Positions 1-15,400 of a stretch of DNA of 64,000 nt are shown here, piece by piece. How positions within the stretch are numbered: the first letter of the stretch is position 1; each line of letters opens with the position of its first letter. Under the pieces are notes generated by a model. It ran no database searches. It was not told where the DNA came from and worked only from the letters and a program-made list of their open reading frames with translations. The stretch is from the NCBI RefSeq assembly GCF_037042905.1, contig NC_087251.1, positions 37,326,001 to 37,390,000 on the forward strand. Reading direction: 5' to 3'. The stretch comes from Lytechinus pictus. Taxonomy: Eukaryota. A program made the position numbers and the translations under genes.

Positions 1-406
1 AAATGAAGTTTCTTTACTATTAAAGTTACATAAACTGAAATATTTCATATTAAGCAAATAATCACATTTTGTAAAAGTGATGGGACACGAGATCATTTAC
101 AAGGCAAGTTGGATGTAGATCTATGCCCTTTATTTCAAGAGCAATCTTTGACAATGGAGCGTATCACAGAAATTTTCATTCTAAATTTTGATAAAATTTC
201 ATTTCATTTATTGCTTCAACCAATTTTAAAAACTGACAAAATTACAATATTCAAATGTACAATACAACCAAACATCATACCCCAAAATGGAAATGGATAT
301 AATTTGAAAGCTCACAATCATAGTAATTTACCATCCTAATTTACCTTTACTTGAATTGCATTTTCCATATTTACCCAATTGTTCATGTTTTTTTAAATTT
401 ACTTAC

Positions 407-470
407 CATAAACAGATCCCTTGAATGAAGATCAACAGCGAGCAAAAAGGCCTTTTCAAATCTCTGATAT
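407..470 (-). CDS. WDPCP: WDPCP exon (YQRFEKAFLLAVDLHSRDLFM)
   Basis: tacag|AT...TG|gtaagt; 64 nt; strongly conserved motif. Confidence 0.95.
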
Positions 471-3400
471 CTGTAAACATAAAAAGAATTGATATATCTT
501 CACTTATAATAAAACAAAAGAAAACAAAACAGAAACAGAAAATGTTTTGTCTAAAAAATTTATTCAATAACCTGTCTGTTTTTTATTCCTAATTAATTAA
601 AAGATTTTTTTTCCTGAATTGCATAACTCTTTTAAACAGTTTTCGGGGTTGTTTCCCCCTAATTGATGCACAGACCAGAGATGACTTTTCCTCAGAACTA
701 CGAAAGAACTTGGTGAATGTTCCATAAAGCTACTTGAGTGAGCTTTTGAATGACTGGTAATCCTTTGTTGTGTTAAATGATACACACAAGGGCCCCATCT
801 TACGGAGACTTACGACTTATTCATTCAATCTCAAGTATATGGAAATCCATCAACGTCATAATATTTTCTTCAGGAAATTCGCACACTGAATTTTCAAGAA
901 AAATATGAAGGTATGAATATACATCATATCTAGAAAATATTTTGAACAAACGTTTTAGATGTTGACGTTGCTGGCTTTCCATTGTTAAGGTTGATCGGAT
1001 CAATCGCATCACTTTGTAAGATGGGGCCCAGATTTTCACCGGTATTGATTTAGTACCAAAGAAAGGGTCACCAGTCGTTCGTAGAGTCATTCGCAACTCG
1101 GGAACATATTTATGAAATACCCACCTGTTCCATTACAAACTTATACTTCATTCTTTACCTATATAGTAATAACTTTAAATACTCTAAGGTCCTGATTAAT
1201 TGATAAGTTTAAATCAAATGTGCAGTCACATGTGACTCACTTTCAAGCATTGCACACGTTTTTCTGAACAACGTGCAACTCCTCAAACTCTTTCACAAAA
1301 ACTCTTTCATGAAATACTTTCAAATTAACTATTTACAGAACTCCCCTTATCCCCTATAATACATGCTCCAAATGAGCATCCACCTCCACCCAGATCCACT
1401 GCTGAAACTAGAGCATTTGAATTAAGATATATACATACATTTTTAATCATGTCTAAAGATTAAGAAATATCTGTCTGATCCCGAGATACAAAATTTCTGA
1501 AATTTACCGGTAATTATTTATAGGATTGCATATTTATTTATTATTAAAGCCGAGTACTGCAGAGATGTTTAATAAATGAGACTCATAGAGAAATGATATC
1601 TGGGATAAAAATCTCATACATATTGGTAAAGGGAAAAGGGGTCAAGGTTTATATAATTACTATTCCTGTTATACAGACTTGATATACAGTGCGTATCAAA
1701 AAAAAGTTTACACTTAGAAAAAATCCTGTAAAATTATACATTTGTAATTTCCTGAAGATTTTTCCACATTTTAACATTGGTACAGATCCATTTAAGCAAA
1801 TGACGATATAATTGCCAACAAATATTTCCGCTTGAGTGAGCACCACTTACTTTTGAAAAGTTATGCAAATAAAAGTACATGTTAATCATGAAGAACACAT
1901 AGAATTTAGCTTGTAAAATTGATTTGAAGATATCTTTTACCTAATTTAACTTGTTTCCTTGCCCAAAACACTTCGAAGAGTGCATCGCGCCCCACCCCAC
2001 TCCCCCACACACCGAGACCATGGTGATGATATTTGCTTTACACTGAGCTGTGATTTACATGAAATGGCTTAGGCTTGATTTTCATTTTGTTGATCATTGT
2101 CAAGCTTGGGAAAAGTGTGCAGAAACAAGTATTAAATGAAAAAATGAAATGTAAACCCACTTTAAATGAAAAAAATGCTTGAAATGTCTGATATAAACTT
2201 TTGTTCAGATTCAGTTATGTCCTCAGATCCAGCTGGCACAAAAAAGGTAAAGGTTGTGCTTACTTAGTGTTGAAATTTCAATTTGGGTGGCAAAATTGTT
2301 ACAAAATGCTTGAATGTATCCGTTTTATTTCAATTGACTAAAAGTGCAAGGGAAATGTATGAGAAATGTTTCGCAGGGTAAGTTTGATTTCGCCCTTTCC
2401 CCTTGACACAGCATAAAAACAAGCATTTCTGCGCAAGCAGATTTCTGCAAGCTTTACAAAATTGGACAGTGCTGACTCAAGTGTAACATTCTGTCAAAAC
2501 TTTTACTTTCATTGGATAGATGAGACCCAAACCCAAGATTATATGTGAAAAAATTACCCAAATGTTACACATTTTTTAATACCCAGGGATTTTTCAAAGT
2601 GTAAACTTTTTTTTATACGCACTGTAGAATAATATGAGATTACGACATAATCCAAAGACGTCATCCTTTTCACTGACGATTGCTCAGACAAGGGGGCGAT
2701 TCATTATGTAAGACACAACTTTAAGAATGATTCACATATAATCGGCTAGAGATTTCAAATCTTTTAAATCTCACTTGCTTTGACACACTTGTTACAACAG
2801 ATATGTAACGGATCAAATCTTGTGTGGGTCCTCCCTGATATTATATTCATACAAACTATACTTTGAATCTTAACCCCCCTCCTAAAAAAGGATATGAATA
2901 AATAAACAAATAGAGAAAGAAAGAGAGAGAAAGAGAAAGAGAAAAAGAGAGAAAGAATGAAAGATAAATGATTAAAATAAATGAATAAAAAAACAATAAA
3001 AGTGAAAAGTTATTCTAAGCTTAACTAGAGTAATAAAGTCTAGAAAGTCAGCAAAAATTTTAAGAGAAAAAGCTATGAAATCAGGGTTATACAACCGAAC
3101 ACTGAAATAATGAAATCTAGACTGAAGGCGGGGTAACTTGAGCCACCACCCCCCGGCCAATAATGAATGAGCCAGTCATTGTGGTGGTGTCATATATTGA
3201 TGACCCATTGCATAACCCCTAACCCCACCAAATTGTTTTCAACTTTGAAACAAATTTCAGCCAAAAAGTAAAAAAGGGTGTGAAATAGATAAGTGCTTTT
3301 TACCCATGCACATCTTTATATATAATAAAGACATAAGAACAATGTTGTTAGTCCAGGTATGGATCCTCATTCTTGTCATAGTCTGTTAAATGATAGATGC

Positions 3401-6400
3401 ATAAGAAATGTGTGGATGTAAAAACATCGCATTAAGTTCGGACTGGGCTAAGTTGAGCCAGCCAACATGGGGCAAGTTGAGCCATGGTAATTCTTATGGT
3501 AATGTATATATATAAAACAAGTGGAACGCCTCTGGCAGTCTCGCCTGCATTACGCAATTTGATGTAGCAGCAGTGCTGCCTCTAAAAACAGCTAATGAAT
3601 AATTATTCATAGAAGAAAACACTAATATGATAATAAAATATGTCCGTTCACCCAAAATTACCTTTGATCATGATCATGTGACCTAAGACATGTGAAAAAC
3701 ACTAAACAATCATTCATAATTGATTACCCTTATGTTGATGTTTCATGAGCTAGATCCATAAACTTTCTAAGTTATGATGCCTATTCAACACATTCTCCCA
3801 ACACGGCCGGAGGTCATTAACCTTTAAATAACCTTTGATCTTGGCCATGTTCCTGAACTGCGCAAAGGGTATTCAGGAATACATTGCTGCTCTTATGTCC
3901 AAGTTTCATGAACTACATCGATAAATTTTTAAAGTTATGATGACAATTCCACAAATACCCCCAACATTACCAAAGTTTGTTGACCCTAAATGACCTTTGA
4001 CCTTGGTCATATGACCTGAAACTCGCACAAGATGTTCAAGGATACTTAATTGCTCTTATGTCCATGTTTCATGAACTAGATCCATAAAATTTCAAAGTTA
4101 TAATGACAATTCCTCAAATACCCCTAACATGGCTAAAGTTCGTTGACCCCAAGTGACCTTTGACCTTGGTCATGTGACCTGAAACTCAGACATGATATTC
4201 AGGGATACATGGTTGCTCTTTTGTCCAAGTTTTATGAACTAGATCCATAAACTATGACAATTCCTCAAAAAACCCAATATGGCCAAAGTTTATTGACCCT
4301 AATTGACATTTGACCTTAATCATGTGACCTGAAACTCAGGCAGAATCTTCAGTAATACACTATTACCCTTATGTCCAAGTTTTATGAACTAGGTCTATAT
4401 ACTTTCAAAGTTATGACAACATTTCAAAAACTTAACCTTTGTTAAGATTTCAATATTGATTCCCCCAACATGGTCCAAGTTCATTGACCCTAAATGACCT
4501 TTGACCTTAGTCATGTGACCTGAAACTCAGGCAGGATGTTCAGTAATACTTGATTACCCTTATGTCCAAATTTCATGAACTAGGCCTATATACTTTCTAT
4601 TCTAAGTTATGATGACATTTCAAAAACTTAACCTTGGTTAAGATTTCAATGTTGACGACGCCACCATCGCCGTCGGAAAAGCGGCGCCTATAGTCTCGCT
4701 CTGCTATGCAGGCGAGACAAAAACCTTTAAAGGAGAATGAAACTCTTGGAGCAAGTTAGCTTTTGTGAAAGCAGAAAAATCAAAGAATTAGATCAACAAA
4801 ACTTTGAGTAAAATAGGACTAGCAATAAAAGAGTTATGAGCATTTGAATGTCGAGATCACTAATGCTATGGAGATCCTCCCATTGGCAATGCGACCAAGA
4901 TCTGTGATGTCACGCACGTACAACTCTCCCATTCGGACACTGAAAATATACCCCAAAACATATCTTTTTGCTCATTCTAATCATATGACAAACGATTCAT
5001 CAATGATATAATGTTGTGAAACCTCTGTACTTGTCATCTCATAAAGAAAACACCTAACCTTGTGATAGACTCTATAAAAGTGAGAATATAAGTGAAATAA
5101 GTACTAAAGTAATGAGGGAGTTGTACGTGTGTGATATCACAGATCTTGGTCGCATTGCCGATGGGAGGATCTACATGGCACTAGTGATCTCAATATTCAA
5201 ATGCTCATAACTTTCTTATTATTCATTCAATCTTCCTCAAACTTTCAACAATATGTTTCTTTGATTTTTCTCTTTGATATGGATTCAGCTAGTTTCAAGG
5301 GTTTCATTCTCCTTTAAAAGCCATCAATATGCAGGCAGAAAGGAACAAATTCACATGACAGTTCTTTTACTTTTAGAGGATAGAGAATTAGCAAGTGAAA
5401 GACTTTGAACAAAAAAATAACATGCTGGTTCTTCCCCCATACATTTTGTACATAATTTTTGTGGCTCAACTTACCCCAGAAAGTGGCTCAACTTACCCCA
5501 GAAAGTGGCTCAACTTACCCCACAGGTGGGGCAAGTTGAGCCATTTGACATTTTTTTCGAAGGTGACAATGACTTTCAGTGTGGAGGTAGAAAGTTATAT
5601 ATAGGTGAAAAATTTTCCAAGAATTAAATTTTAAGGCAAGGTACTTATTTCTACAAGATTATTCTTCATATCAATTCTACCATGCAAAAAGCAAAAAGTG
5701 TCACAACTTACCCCGCCTTCCCCTACCGTACATTGAAAATTACCAACACAGATACGTTAATAAGGGCACGTGTAAAATAATTATTTGCTTGGGGAAAAAG
5801 ACCTCAGCGTAATGCTACACATTCAGTTTGCTTATTTCTCTGGAATTACTCATTTTCGTCCAGAATCATTTGACATTTAATAATTGTAATATAATGCGAG
5901 TCCACCTTTCTTATCTGTTTATCAATATATAAGCACTTTTGTGGCTGGATGGTCGGTTAAATATATTTCTTTTTCATGAAAAGATAAGTTCATGTTGATA
6001 TCACATTATACAGCCATATTCATTTATCTATTATTTATTAAACAATATTTCAATAGGGTGCCCTTTCAGCAAAAGCTGGTATCAAAAGGGGCCCTAAAAG
6101 CATAAAAACAAAACATGTATATACAAGTGATAAAAATATACAAGGTAAAAACATTATATAAATCATACATATTAGAACACAGAAAGGCATGCAAAATTCG
6201 AGTCATTAAAATATATGTAACACAGGAACCATTGACATTTTAACATTTGCTGGACATTATATATGATTTGAGTTCTTTTTTAAAACTAGAGAGGGTGGAT
6301 AGGGTTTTTAAATGAAGGGGCAAGGAATTGAACATTGATATTGAGGAAATAATGAATGAGCATTTATAGTATTCAGTATTGCATTTTGGGACATCGAGTT

Positions 6401-9400
6401 GTAGATTGGAGGCAGATCTTGTATTTACGTTATGTTTTTTCGGATACTAATTTAAAGTTATCATCAAAATATTTAAACTCTTAAATATAAATATACATCG
6501 GAAATACATTACTCTTTGGGGATAGGAGAACCATTCAAGTTTTTTTAATAACTGATCAGACGGGGTGAGGACGTTATTATTCTGGCAGCACGTTTCTGAA
6601 GTTTTATTACTTGATTCGTTTGTGTGATAAATTATAAACCCCATACCTCACAACAATAGTCAATTTGACTTTGGATTAAACAGTTATAGATTAGTTTTGC
6701 AGTGGTAACATCAATGAATGGATTAGCCCTTTTAAGTATGGCAAGAGCAGCACATACTTTTTTACTAACGTGTTCTACATGATCATGCCAAGGAAGTTTA
6801 TCGTCTATTATGACACCTAAACACTTTATTTTTATAGTGGAGTGAACCTTCTTTATTACTTTACCATCAATTGTGATAGAAATATCTGAATCTGATTTAT
6901 TTTAATTGTTCATTCTTTGTCTTGACCCCAGTATCATCATATTTGTCTTTTCAACATTGAGAATTAACTTATTTAATTTTAACCATTGGTTTAAAGCATT
7001 TACATCTTCTTGTAAATCCAATTTCATACTATCTATATCGGATCCTGATAAAAATAATGTTGTGTCGTCGGCATACATTGTAACTTGACCATTCTTTATT
7101 ACATGAGGCAGGTCGTTCATTAGGACTAGAAAGAGTAGCGGACCTAATATGGATCCTTGTGGTACTCCGATAGACACACTTTCTTTCCCAGAAATAGATT
7201 TGTTATATTGAACACATTGCGATCTCATGTTTAGGTATGAGTTAAACCATCTTAGTGTTTTATCGGAACAGCCAATACACTGGAGCTTATTAAGCAGTAC
7301 ATTCGTGTTAACAGAGTCAAACGCACGTCTAAGATCGATAAAAACAGCGCACACAAGCTGACCATTGTCTATTGCTTTAGACCAGTAATCCGTCATTGAA
7401 GCTAAAGCGGCTGCGGTCGAGTGACCCGGTCGGAAACCAAATTGTACTTTCCTCAAGATTGACTTTTTGGTGAGGTAATGGTAGAATTGTTTAAGCTTGT
7501 AACCGATTTTGCAATCGGCAACCGATTCCATTCGATTTCACCACAATCGGCGATCACTTGCCGGTCTTCGATCATGCCCCTTGAAGGAAAAAATCGAAAA
7601 TAAAAAATCGGCGTAGATCTAGTAACAGTGCGTGATCGTTCAAAACATATTTCAAGATTGTTTTTGAGGTGCTAGCTAATTAGAGGTCGCATTATTCAGG
7701 GAGAAAGACGCGGTATTATCTATTCCGATCATTTTTAAGAGGATAGATATCTTCTCTTCCAACTCATGGTGATACTGATAGCGGATGCCGCCGTGAAATT
7801 TTTAAAGGTCGTATTACTGACGGAGATCACTGCACTACTCTCTCACATCGTTTATGATGATATACATCTTTTCAACCTCGTGGTGATAGCGGACCCCGCC
7901 GTGAACTTTTAAAGGTCGTATTATCGACGGACATCTCTGCGCTACTCTCTTAAATCGTTTATGATGATAGACATCTTCTCTTCAACCTCGTGGTGATAGC
8001 GGACCCCGCCATGAACTTTTAAAGATCGTACTATTGACGGAGCTCATTGCGTTACTCTTTTACATCGTTTATGATGATATACATTTTATTTTCAACCTCG
8101 TGGTGATAGCGGATGCCGCCGTGAACTTTGAAAGGTCGTATTACAGACGGAGCTCACTGCGCTACTCTCTTACCCCCTTTGTGATGATAGACATCTTCTC
8201 TTCAACCTCGTGGTGATAGCGGACCCCGCCGTGAACTTTTAAAGCTCATGCTACTGACGGAGCTCATTGCGTTACTCTCTTACATCGTTCATGATGATAT
8301 AAATCTTCTCTTCAACCTCGTGGTGATAGCGGACACCGCCATAAACTTTTAAAGATTGTACTAATGACGGAGCTCATTGCGTTACTCTCTTACATCGTTT
8401 ATGATGATATACATTTTATTTTCAACCTCGTGGTGATAGCGGATGCCGCCGTGAACTTTGAAAGGTCGTATTACCGACGGAGCTCACTGCGCTACTCTCT
8501 TACATTGTTCATGATGATATACATTATATTTTCAACCTCGTGGTGATAGCGGATGCCGCCGTGAACTTTGAAAGGTCGTATTAACGACGGAGCTCACTGC
8601 GCTACTCTCTTACCCCCTTTATGATGATAGACATCTTCTCTTTAACCTCGTGGTGATAGCGGACCCCGCCGTAAACTTTTAAAGCTCATGCTACTGACGG
8701 AGCTCATTGCGTTACTCTCTTACATCGTTCATGATGATATAAATCTTCTCTTCAACCTCGTGGTGATAGCGGACACCGCCATGAACTGTTAAAGATCGTA
8801 CTATTGACGGAACTCATTGCGTTACTCTCTTACATCGTTTATGATTATTACATCTTCTCAACCTCAATTTATTTGTCTTTGTAACTTCGTCGGGAGATGC
8901 TTTTTTTATATTTCTTCTTAGATATCAAAAGTTCAGTTCTCAAGATAGTAATAAATTGATTTGAAAACGCTAGCTACCCAAAACATTTTAATAACATTTC
9001 AAATCATCGTGCGTGCTTGCATCTTGTACTACATTTTAATTGCACTTGCGACTTTAAGATGATGCGTCGTACGAGATCAAGAGATCATTCCAATAATCCT
9101 AAATCGCTAGCACCTAAAAATAGTTATAAAAGATGTCCCGCCGATCATCGTTCATTAACCTGCGAGTGAACTATGAGAAATAATTTCATTTTATTTTCCT
9201 TTGCGCCTTTGCTCGGAAGATGCGTCTTTCGTTTATCTTTCTAATAAAAATCACTCGGTTTATTCTAAAGCAATAGCACCTCAAAACCCCTTTAAAACAT
9301 GTTCCAAACGATCGCGCATGTTGGCGACTTCCATTCCAATGCATTCGTCTTTGTGACTTTGTCAGGAAGATGCGAGCGACCGCGAACAAAATTTTGATGT

Positions 9401-12400
9401 ATTCCTTTGTTTTTAAACATCGCCGATTCGATTTTCGATTCGATTTCGATTTTAGAAGCTTAACTGCCGATCTGATTTTTGATCCGAGTTACAACATTAG
9501 AATTGTTGATGGGCCATATAAAGACAAATGAAAATGAAAGAATTTAAGAAAAGGCTTTTACAAATAGTCACTATTTTTACAGAGCAGGTTTTAATTCATT
9601 ATGATTTATAACATGTCTGTCAGTTATGGTTTATGGTGAGATATAATTTTGCTCATGAATCACTCAAAATAAAGAATTCCATACACTGTGTTTCACTGTG
9701 ATCTCTCCAGTCCATAGCTTCAATAAAGAGTCACCATGTGACTTTAAAGAACGGGTAAAATTAAAGTGCACTGCACTGTACATGTATACTAGCTTCAATG
9801 AAAGTGCACCTACAATTATAAATACTGTACTACAATAGTTTACCTGAAAAAAAAACTTGTTAGGAGGGGTAAAAGTTCCTCATCATTAAAAACAAATTAG
9901 TCAAGATCATTACCATTTCCAGAAGCACTTTCTTGTGAAAATTTCTTACAAGGTCAATGGTTGCCGCCATTTCTAGGGACAATTTTTGTCAAAAATTTAT
10001 GTCGGGAGGGGGAGGGGGGGGGTAACTCCCCCTCCCCTGCCTCACCCTCAGGTACCCTGTAGTCCTGTACTACAATAGTCAAATAATGATAAAGATGTTT
10101 GAATTACCAACATACAGATTTAAAAGTCATATACCAGCTTCTTTCAAAGACCCCCAAAACACGAGAAGCTTATGGTGAGCGAGCTTTCTCTGCCGCAGCA
10201 CCTATCTCTAAATAAATTACCATTGAATTTAAGAATCAAAATCATTAGAGACTTTCAAATCTTACATGAAGTCTTATCTTTTCTGACAGTATCAGCTCTT
10301 GGTGCTCAAACACTCTTCCAAGCTCTCTTACTCTTTATTTTTTCTTGTCTGCCTAGGAATTGAATATTTCTAGATAGACGGGGCTATATAAATGTCTAAC
10401 CTTATCCAAATCCAAGACAAACACTGAACTTGACACCATATAGAGCTTACGGCTAAAACTATTTTGTGAAGCTGCGTCTTCAAGTCTTTCGTGTAGCGAG
10501 ATATATGCCTCTCCATTCCTGTAATGAATCAGTTTCGAATCTGGAATACAGGACACTTAATTATTACATTTCAGGGAAAGGGAAATAATGCAACTTTCTC
10601 AGTATTCTTAATGTACAACTTTTCTCAGGTTTTCTTCCAAATCTCTCTTGGCGGGTATTCAACTGAAAGTATTAACGTAGTACTTAACTTAGCATTTTAC
10701 TTGGCATGGTGACGTCTAAGCCAAATATCATGCAATGTAATCATCCACCTGTATGCAGTGTGTATGACTACAAGTATGTACCTTAACTGCAGGCAAGCCA
10801 GAGTTAACCATGTAGGGGGAGGCTTAGATTAGAGCAAGATACTTAGCAAATAAATAAGAACTGAACCAGAACACCAAAGATGATAAAGTACTTTAAACTG
10901 AATAATGAGTAAAATACTGAAAAATACCAGCCCACACCTCCCAGAGGTAATAGTTTTTGCCATCGCCTTTAATAACCAATGGTAATAATTTCTTTTCAGT
11001 GCACATTTAGAGCTACAATCTTGCCAGGCCCTCCCCACCACCTATTCAATCTATTCTAGGCTTAAATTGAAACTCTAATAACTGTATCCTTTATTTTTCA
11101 AAATAAGATGTGAAAGAAAAACAAATCAAAGACATTTAAGACTGGGATAAATTTTGGATAGAAAAAAAAGTCAAATAAATCTAGCCAGTGCCCTCCCTCC
11201 CATTTCATTCTATCATTCAAGGATTTGGATTCAAAATCAAAGGTATCTGGGGAGTGGTTCATGGAAATTTCATTCAGTGATTTTCAACAGCAAGCGCTAC
11301 AAGCCACTGAAAAGCCTTGCATCTGATTGGCCGAGAACAAAACAGCCTGTGAAAATCACTGACAAAAAAACTTTTCATTTATCACTCTCCATCAAATTCT
11401 GTCAGCAGACACCACATTCAAGATGATACTACAAGAGAGTCAAGGCAACCGCACACCCTGCGACTGGTCCACGGTCAGATTTTGGAACAAATCACACTTT
11501 TCTTATTTTCTGAAAATGTGAATGAATAGTATATTTTTATTTGAGGTTCAAATTAACCGAAAGAATACTAATATAACCATTTTGGATGATTGCAAGCCTT
11601 TATTTTGGAGTAAAGGCCAAATTCAACTGATCAAATTCACTTTTATTGTAAAGGTCAAGTCCACCACAGAAAAATGTTGATTTGAATCAAAAGAGAAAAA
11701 TGCACAGCAAGCATAATGCTTAAAATTTCATCTAAATCAGATGTGAAATATAAAAGTTATGACATTTTGAAGTTTCGCTTATTTTTCACAAAATGGTTAT
11801 ATGCACCATAAAGTGACATGCAAATGAGATACTCCATGTCCCTCACTCACTATTTCTTTTGTATTTTATTGTTTGAATTGTACAACATTTTACAAAAAAT
11901 GACCAACTTGAATGAGCCACAAAATTTTAAAACAATGGTAAGTCCACATATCCAGTGAGGAATAAAACTCCTATCAAATGGCAGTGAAGAGAAAATTAGA
12001 ATATATCACATTTCATTTAATAAAATAAAAAATTGTGAGTAGATGATCTCATCAGTTGCCTCGTTTGCATACCCATCAGGATATGCATATGACTGTTTTG
12101 TGAAATTAAGTGAAATTTCAAAATGTCATAACTTTCTTAATTTACATCCAATTTGATGAAATTTTCAGTGTTATGCTTGTTGGATTTTTCTCTGTTTATT
12201 CAAATCAACTTTTTGTTGGGGTGGACTTGTCCTTTAAAAAGGATGATAGCATAGTAACAGAATTGAACATAGGTATTCGTACGATGATTTAGAACATTAC
12301 ACAGCAAGATAATCGTAAGGTGTGCGGCGTCCTTTACCTACATGATCAGGGGCAGGTTGCAGAAAGAGTTGTATTTAAAGGAGAATGAAACTCTTGGAGC

Positions 12401-15400
12401 AAGTTAGCTTTTGTGAAAGCAGAAAAATCAAAGAATAAGATCAACAAAAGTTTGAGTAAAATAGGACTAGCAATAGAAGAGTTATGAGCATTTGAATGTC
12501 GAGATCACTAATGCTATGGAGATCCTCCCATTGGCAATGCGACCAAGATCTATGATGTCACAGATGAACAACTCTCCCCTTTTGGACACTGAAAATATAC
12601 CCCAAAACATATCTTTTTGCTCATTCTAATCATATGACAAACGATTCATCAATGATTATAATGTTGTGAAACCTCTGTACTTGTCCTCTCATAAAGAGAA
12701 CACCTCACCTTGTGATAGACTCTATAAAAGTGAGAATATAAGTGAAATAAGTACTAAAGTAATGAGGGAGTTGTACGTGTGTGACATCACAGATCTTGGT
12801 GGCATTGCCAATTGGAGGATCTACATGGCATTAGTGATCTCAATATTCAAATGCTCATAACTTTCTTATTATTCATTCAATCTTCCTCAAACTTTCAACA
12901 ATATGTTTCTTTGATTTTTCTCTTTGATATGGATTCAGCTGGTTTCAAGGGTTTCATTCTCCTTTAAATGCAACTCCAAAAATCAAATACAATTCCATAT
13001 GAACAATGCTGGATCCCGTAACACAAAGGTTAGCGATTAATTCTACACTTTTCATGATTGATTGTACATTGTAGTCAATGTAATCAATCGTAGAAAAATA
13101 TTCAACGATCACTGCTAAGCTTTGTGTTACAGGCCTCTGATCGCTTTCAGATTGAATGAACTATTTCTGCAATGGGCAAACTTGTTATAGAAACTGCAAT
13201 TGTTGAAATAATAAGTCATTATGACACAGAGCCTAAATGAAACTGTGATGTGATGAAGAAATTAAAAAAAAATGAAAATCTATTAAGGAAAAAAACACAA
13301 GTTTTCATTATATACAGACTGCAGTACACAGATGAAGCTCGGCAAACATGCTACACACTACAAACAAGTTTGAACAGCAGATTTTGCACTGATGCATTTT
13401 TTTTTTCATTGGATTTGCTATGATTTTTTTTCCTCTTTATTATTCATAATAAAAAAATTTGAATCCTGAAAATGTGCATTTTCCATGAAATTCTCTGAAA
13501 AATTTCCTTCCCGAATTCTCTAAAATTTTTCATTCACGCATAAAATGGGGACATTTAAATTTCTCTAACCTGAGCAAAAATTGAAAGAACCTGCGAGCCA
13601 GACGGCTGACGGAATCCCGATAATTGATAACGATGACCTCAGATAAGGGTCTGAGCGGTGCATAAAAGGATCCAAGACTTGTCTCTAAGGCAGCTACATT
13701 GAAACAATGGACAAAATATTAAATTAGTGAGTGGAAGAAGGAAACTACTAATAATACTCTGCATTCGTTCCGACCTTAATACATCAAAACAAAGTCCCTT
13801 AGAAGCACTTAACAGATATGTCAAAACCCTAGTCATTCCATCCTGGCATGCCTGCACACAATGTATGCACTTTTTCCACTCCCGGGGGAGAGTTACAACA
13901 AGAGTTTCAAAACTACATTGCTCGGCATACCACATAGGCTTTCGCATCCTACTGGGTACCCATTTAACACCTGTGTAGAGAGTGGCAAAGAGTGGATTGA
14001 CGCCTTGCCAAAGGACGCTAAAGCCGGGTGAGATACATCCACATGACCCTCTGATTACAATGTGAGTGTCAATACTTTTACACCTGGATAATGCCCTATA
14101 ATACCAAAGTGTTCATCACTTCTCCAAGATAAATGCAGCTGGGGTAACAATTTCAAAATAAGATCATACAGAATCAAATTACCACAAGATAGTCTGTATC
14201 TATAAACAAGAAATGTGTGCCAAAGGATTCTGGAAAAATTGTGTACTTGCCAAGAAATTAGCAAAACAAGCATGAAATTCTAGCACAATGTCGGGTCTAT
14301 TTCCAAGCAATGATAATAAACTGTCCAGTATGAGCTTATTGGTGATCTTCAGTGTGTTGTTTTTCTGCTTAGCTTTCAAAGTTCAGTTTAATAATAAAAC
14401 TGTACCAGGGCCCCGTCTTACAAAGAGTTACGATTGATCCGATCAATCGCAACTATGGAGGGCCAGCAACGTCAGCATCTATTATGCATGTTTGTTCAAT
14501 ATATTTTCTAGCTATGATGTATATTCATGCATTCATTGTTTTCTTGAAAATTCACTGCGCTTCTCTTTGCATACAAAGGACATTGTGCAAATTTTTCGAA
14601 GAAAAAAATTATGACACTGATGGATTTCCATAGAGTAACGATTGATCGGATCAATCGTAACTCTTTGTAAGACAAGGCCCAGATCTAAATCTTCAATGGT
14701 AACATAGTGACAATAAACTTGGTTTTACAGACTTTCTCATAAAATCAATTAAATTCAACTACTATTTACCTCAAACACCTCCATTGTCATATGCTGTTAG
14801 ACAATAACATGTACATTTCTTTGGATTTGAAAGCCAAAGAATCAATAATGAAATAGACATCATCTATAAAAGACCAATAAAGTCAGCACAAATAACTGCG
14901 AGACCTAGAAAAGTTGACATTCTGGTAAATTCTATTCACTCAAAAAAGTTTTTAACTTATAAGTGTATTTTGTTGCCAAAGAATTCGCTGAAATTTCAGT
15001 AAATTCAATATTTAATCAGCTAAATAATCAAATTTATATACAAGTCATTAATTTGCCACATTGCAAGTTTGTACGTCTGGAATAATATCAACTAAAATGG
15101 GAAATAGGAAATTGCCACCTAGGATCTGTTTCATAAACCTTGTTATAATAACAAATATGCAATAACAGTTTAAAGCTAATGAAATCATTGGATTTTATTA
15201 ATAGTTACGCTTTGTATCTTCTGGAAAAAGCGCTATATTAATCCAAATATTATAATTATCATCTTACCTTCTCTGACTGCATTTAACGGAAGACGAAGGA
15301 GGTGGTTTACTATGGCTGATAAACAACCAAAACAAGTACTGCTTGCAGTGTTCCAGTTCAATGCAGAAAGCAAGTGGGTGGCCTAATCACAAAACAAATA

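Larger units (their letters stand above)
3124..5728. mobile_element. Non-autonomous DNA transposon hosting the HINE and Kolobok insertions
   Basis: GAAGGCGGGGTAA/TTACCCCGCCTTC ends; repeated GGGCAAGTTGAGCCA motifs in both orientations; left end degraded. Confidence 0.6.

Noticed and set aside
6902..7531. Stand-alone RT gene (retron or group II type)
   Set aside because: The motifs are CR1/L2 LINE-type, the ORF start lies in an adjacent insertion, and the downstream part is broken by stops.
7740..8866. CRISPR-like appearance of regular repeats (also 19530-21180)
   Set aside because: The units are contiguous with no unique spacers, there are no cas genes, and the context is eukaryotic.
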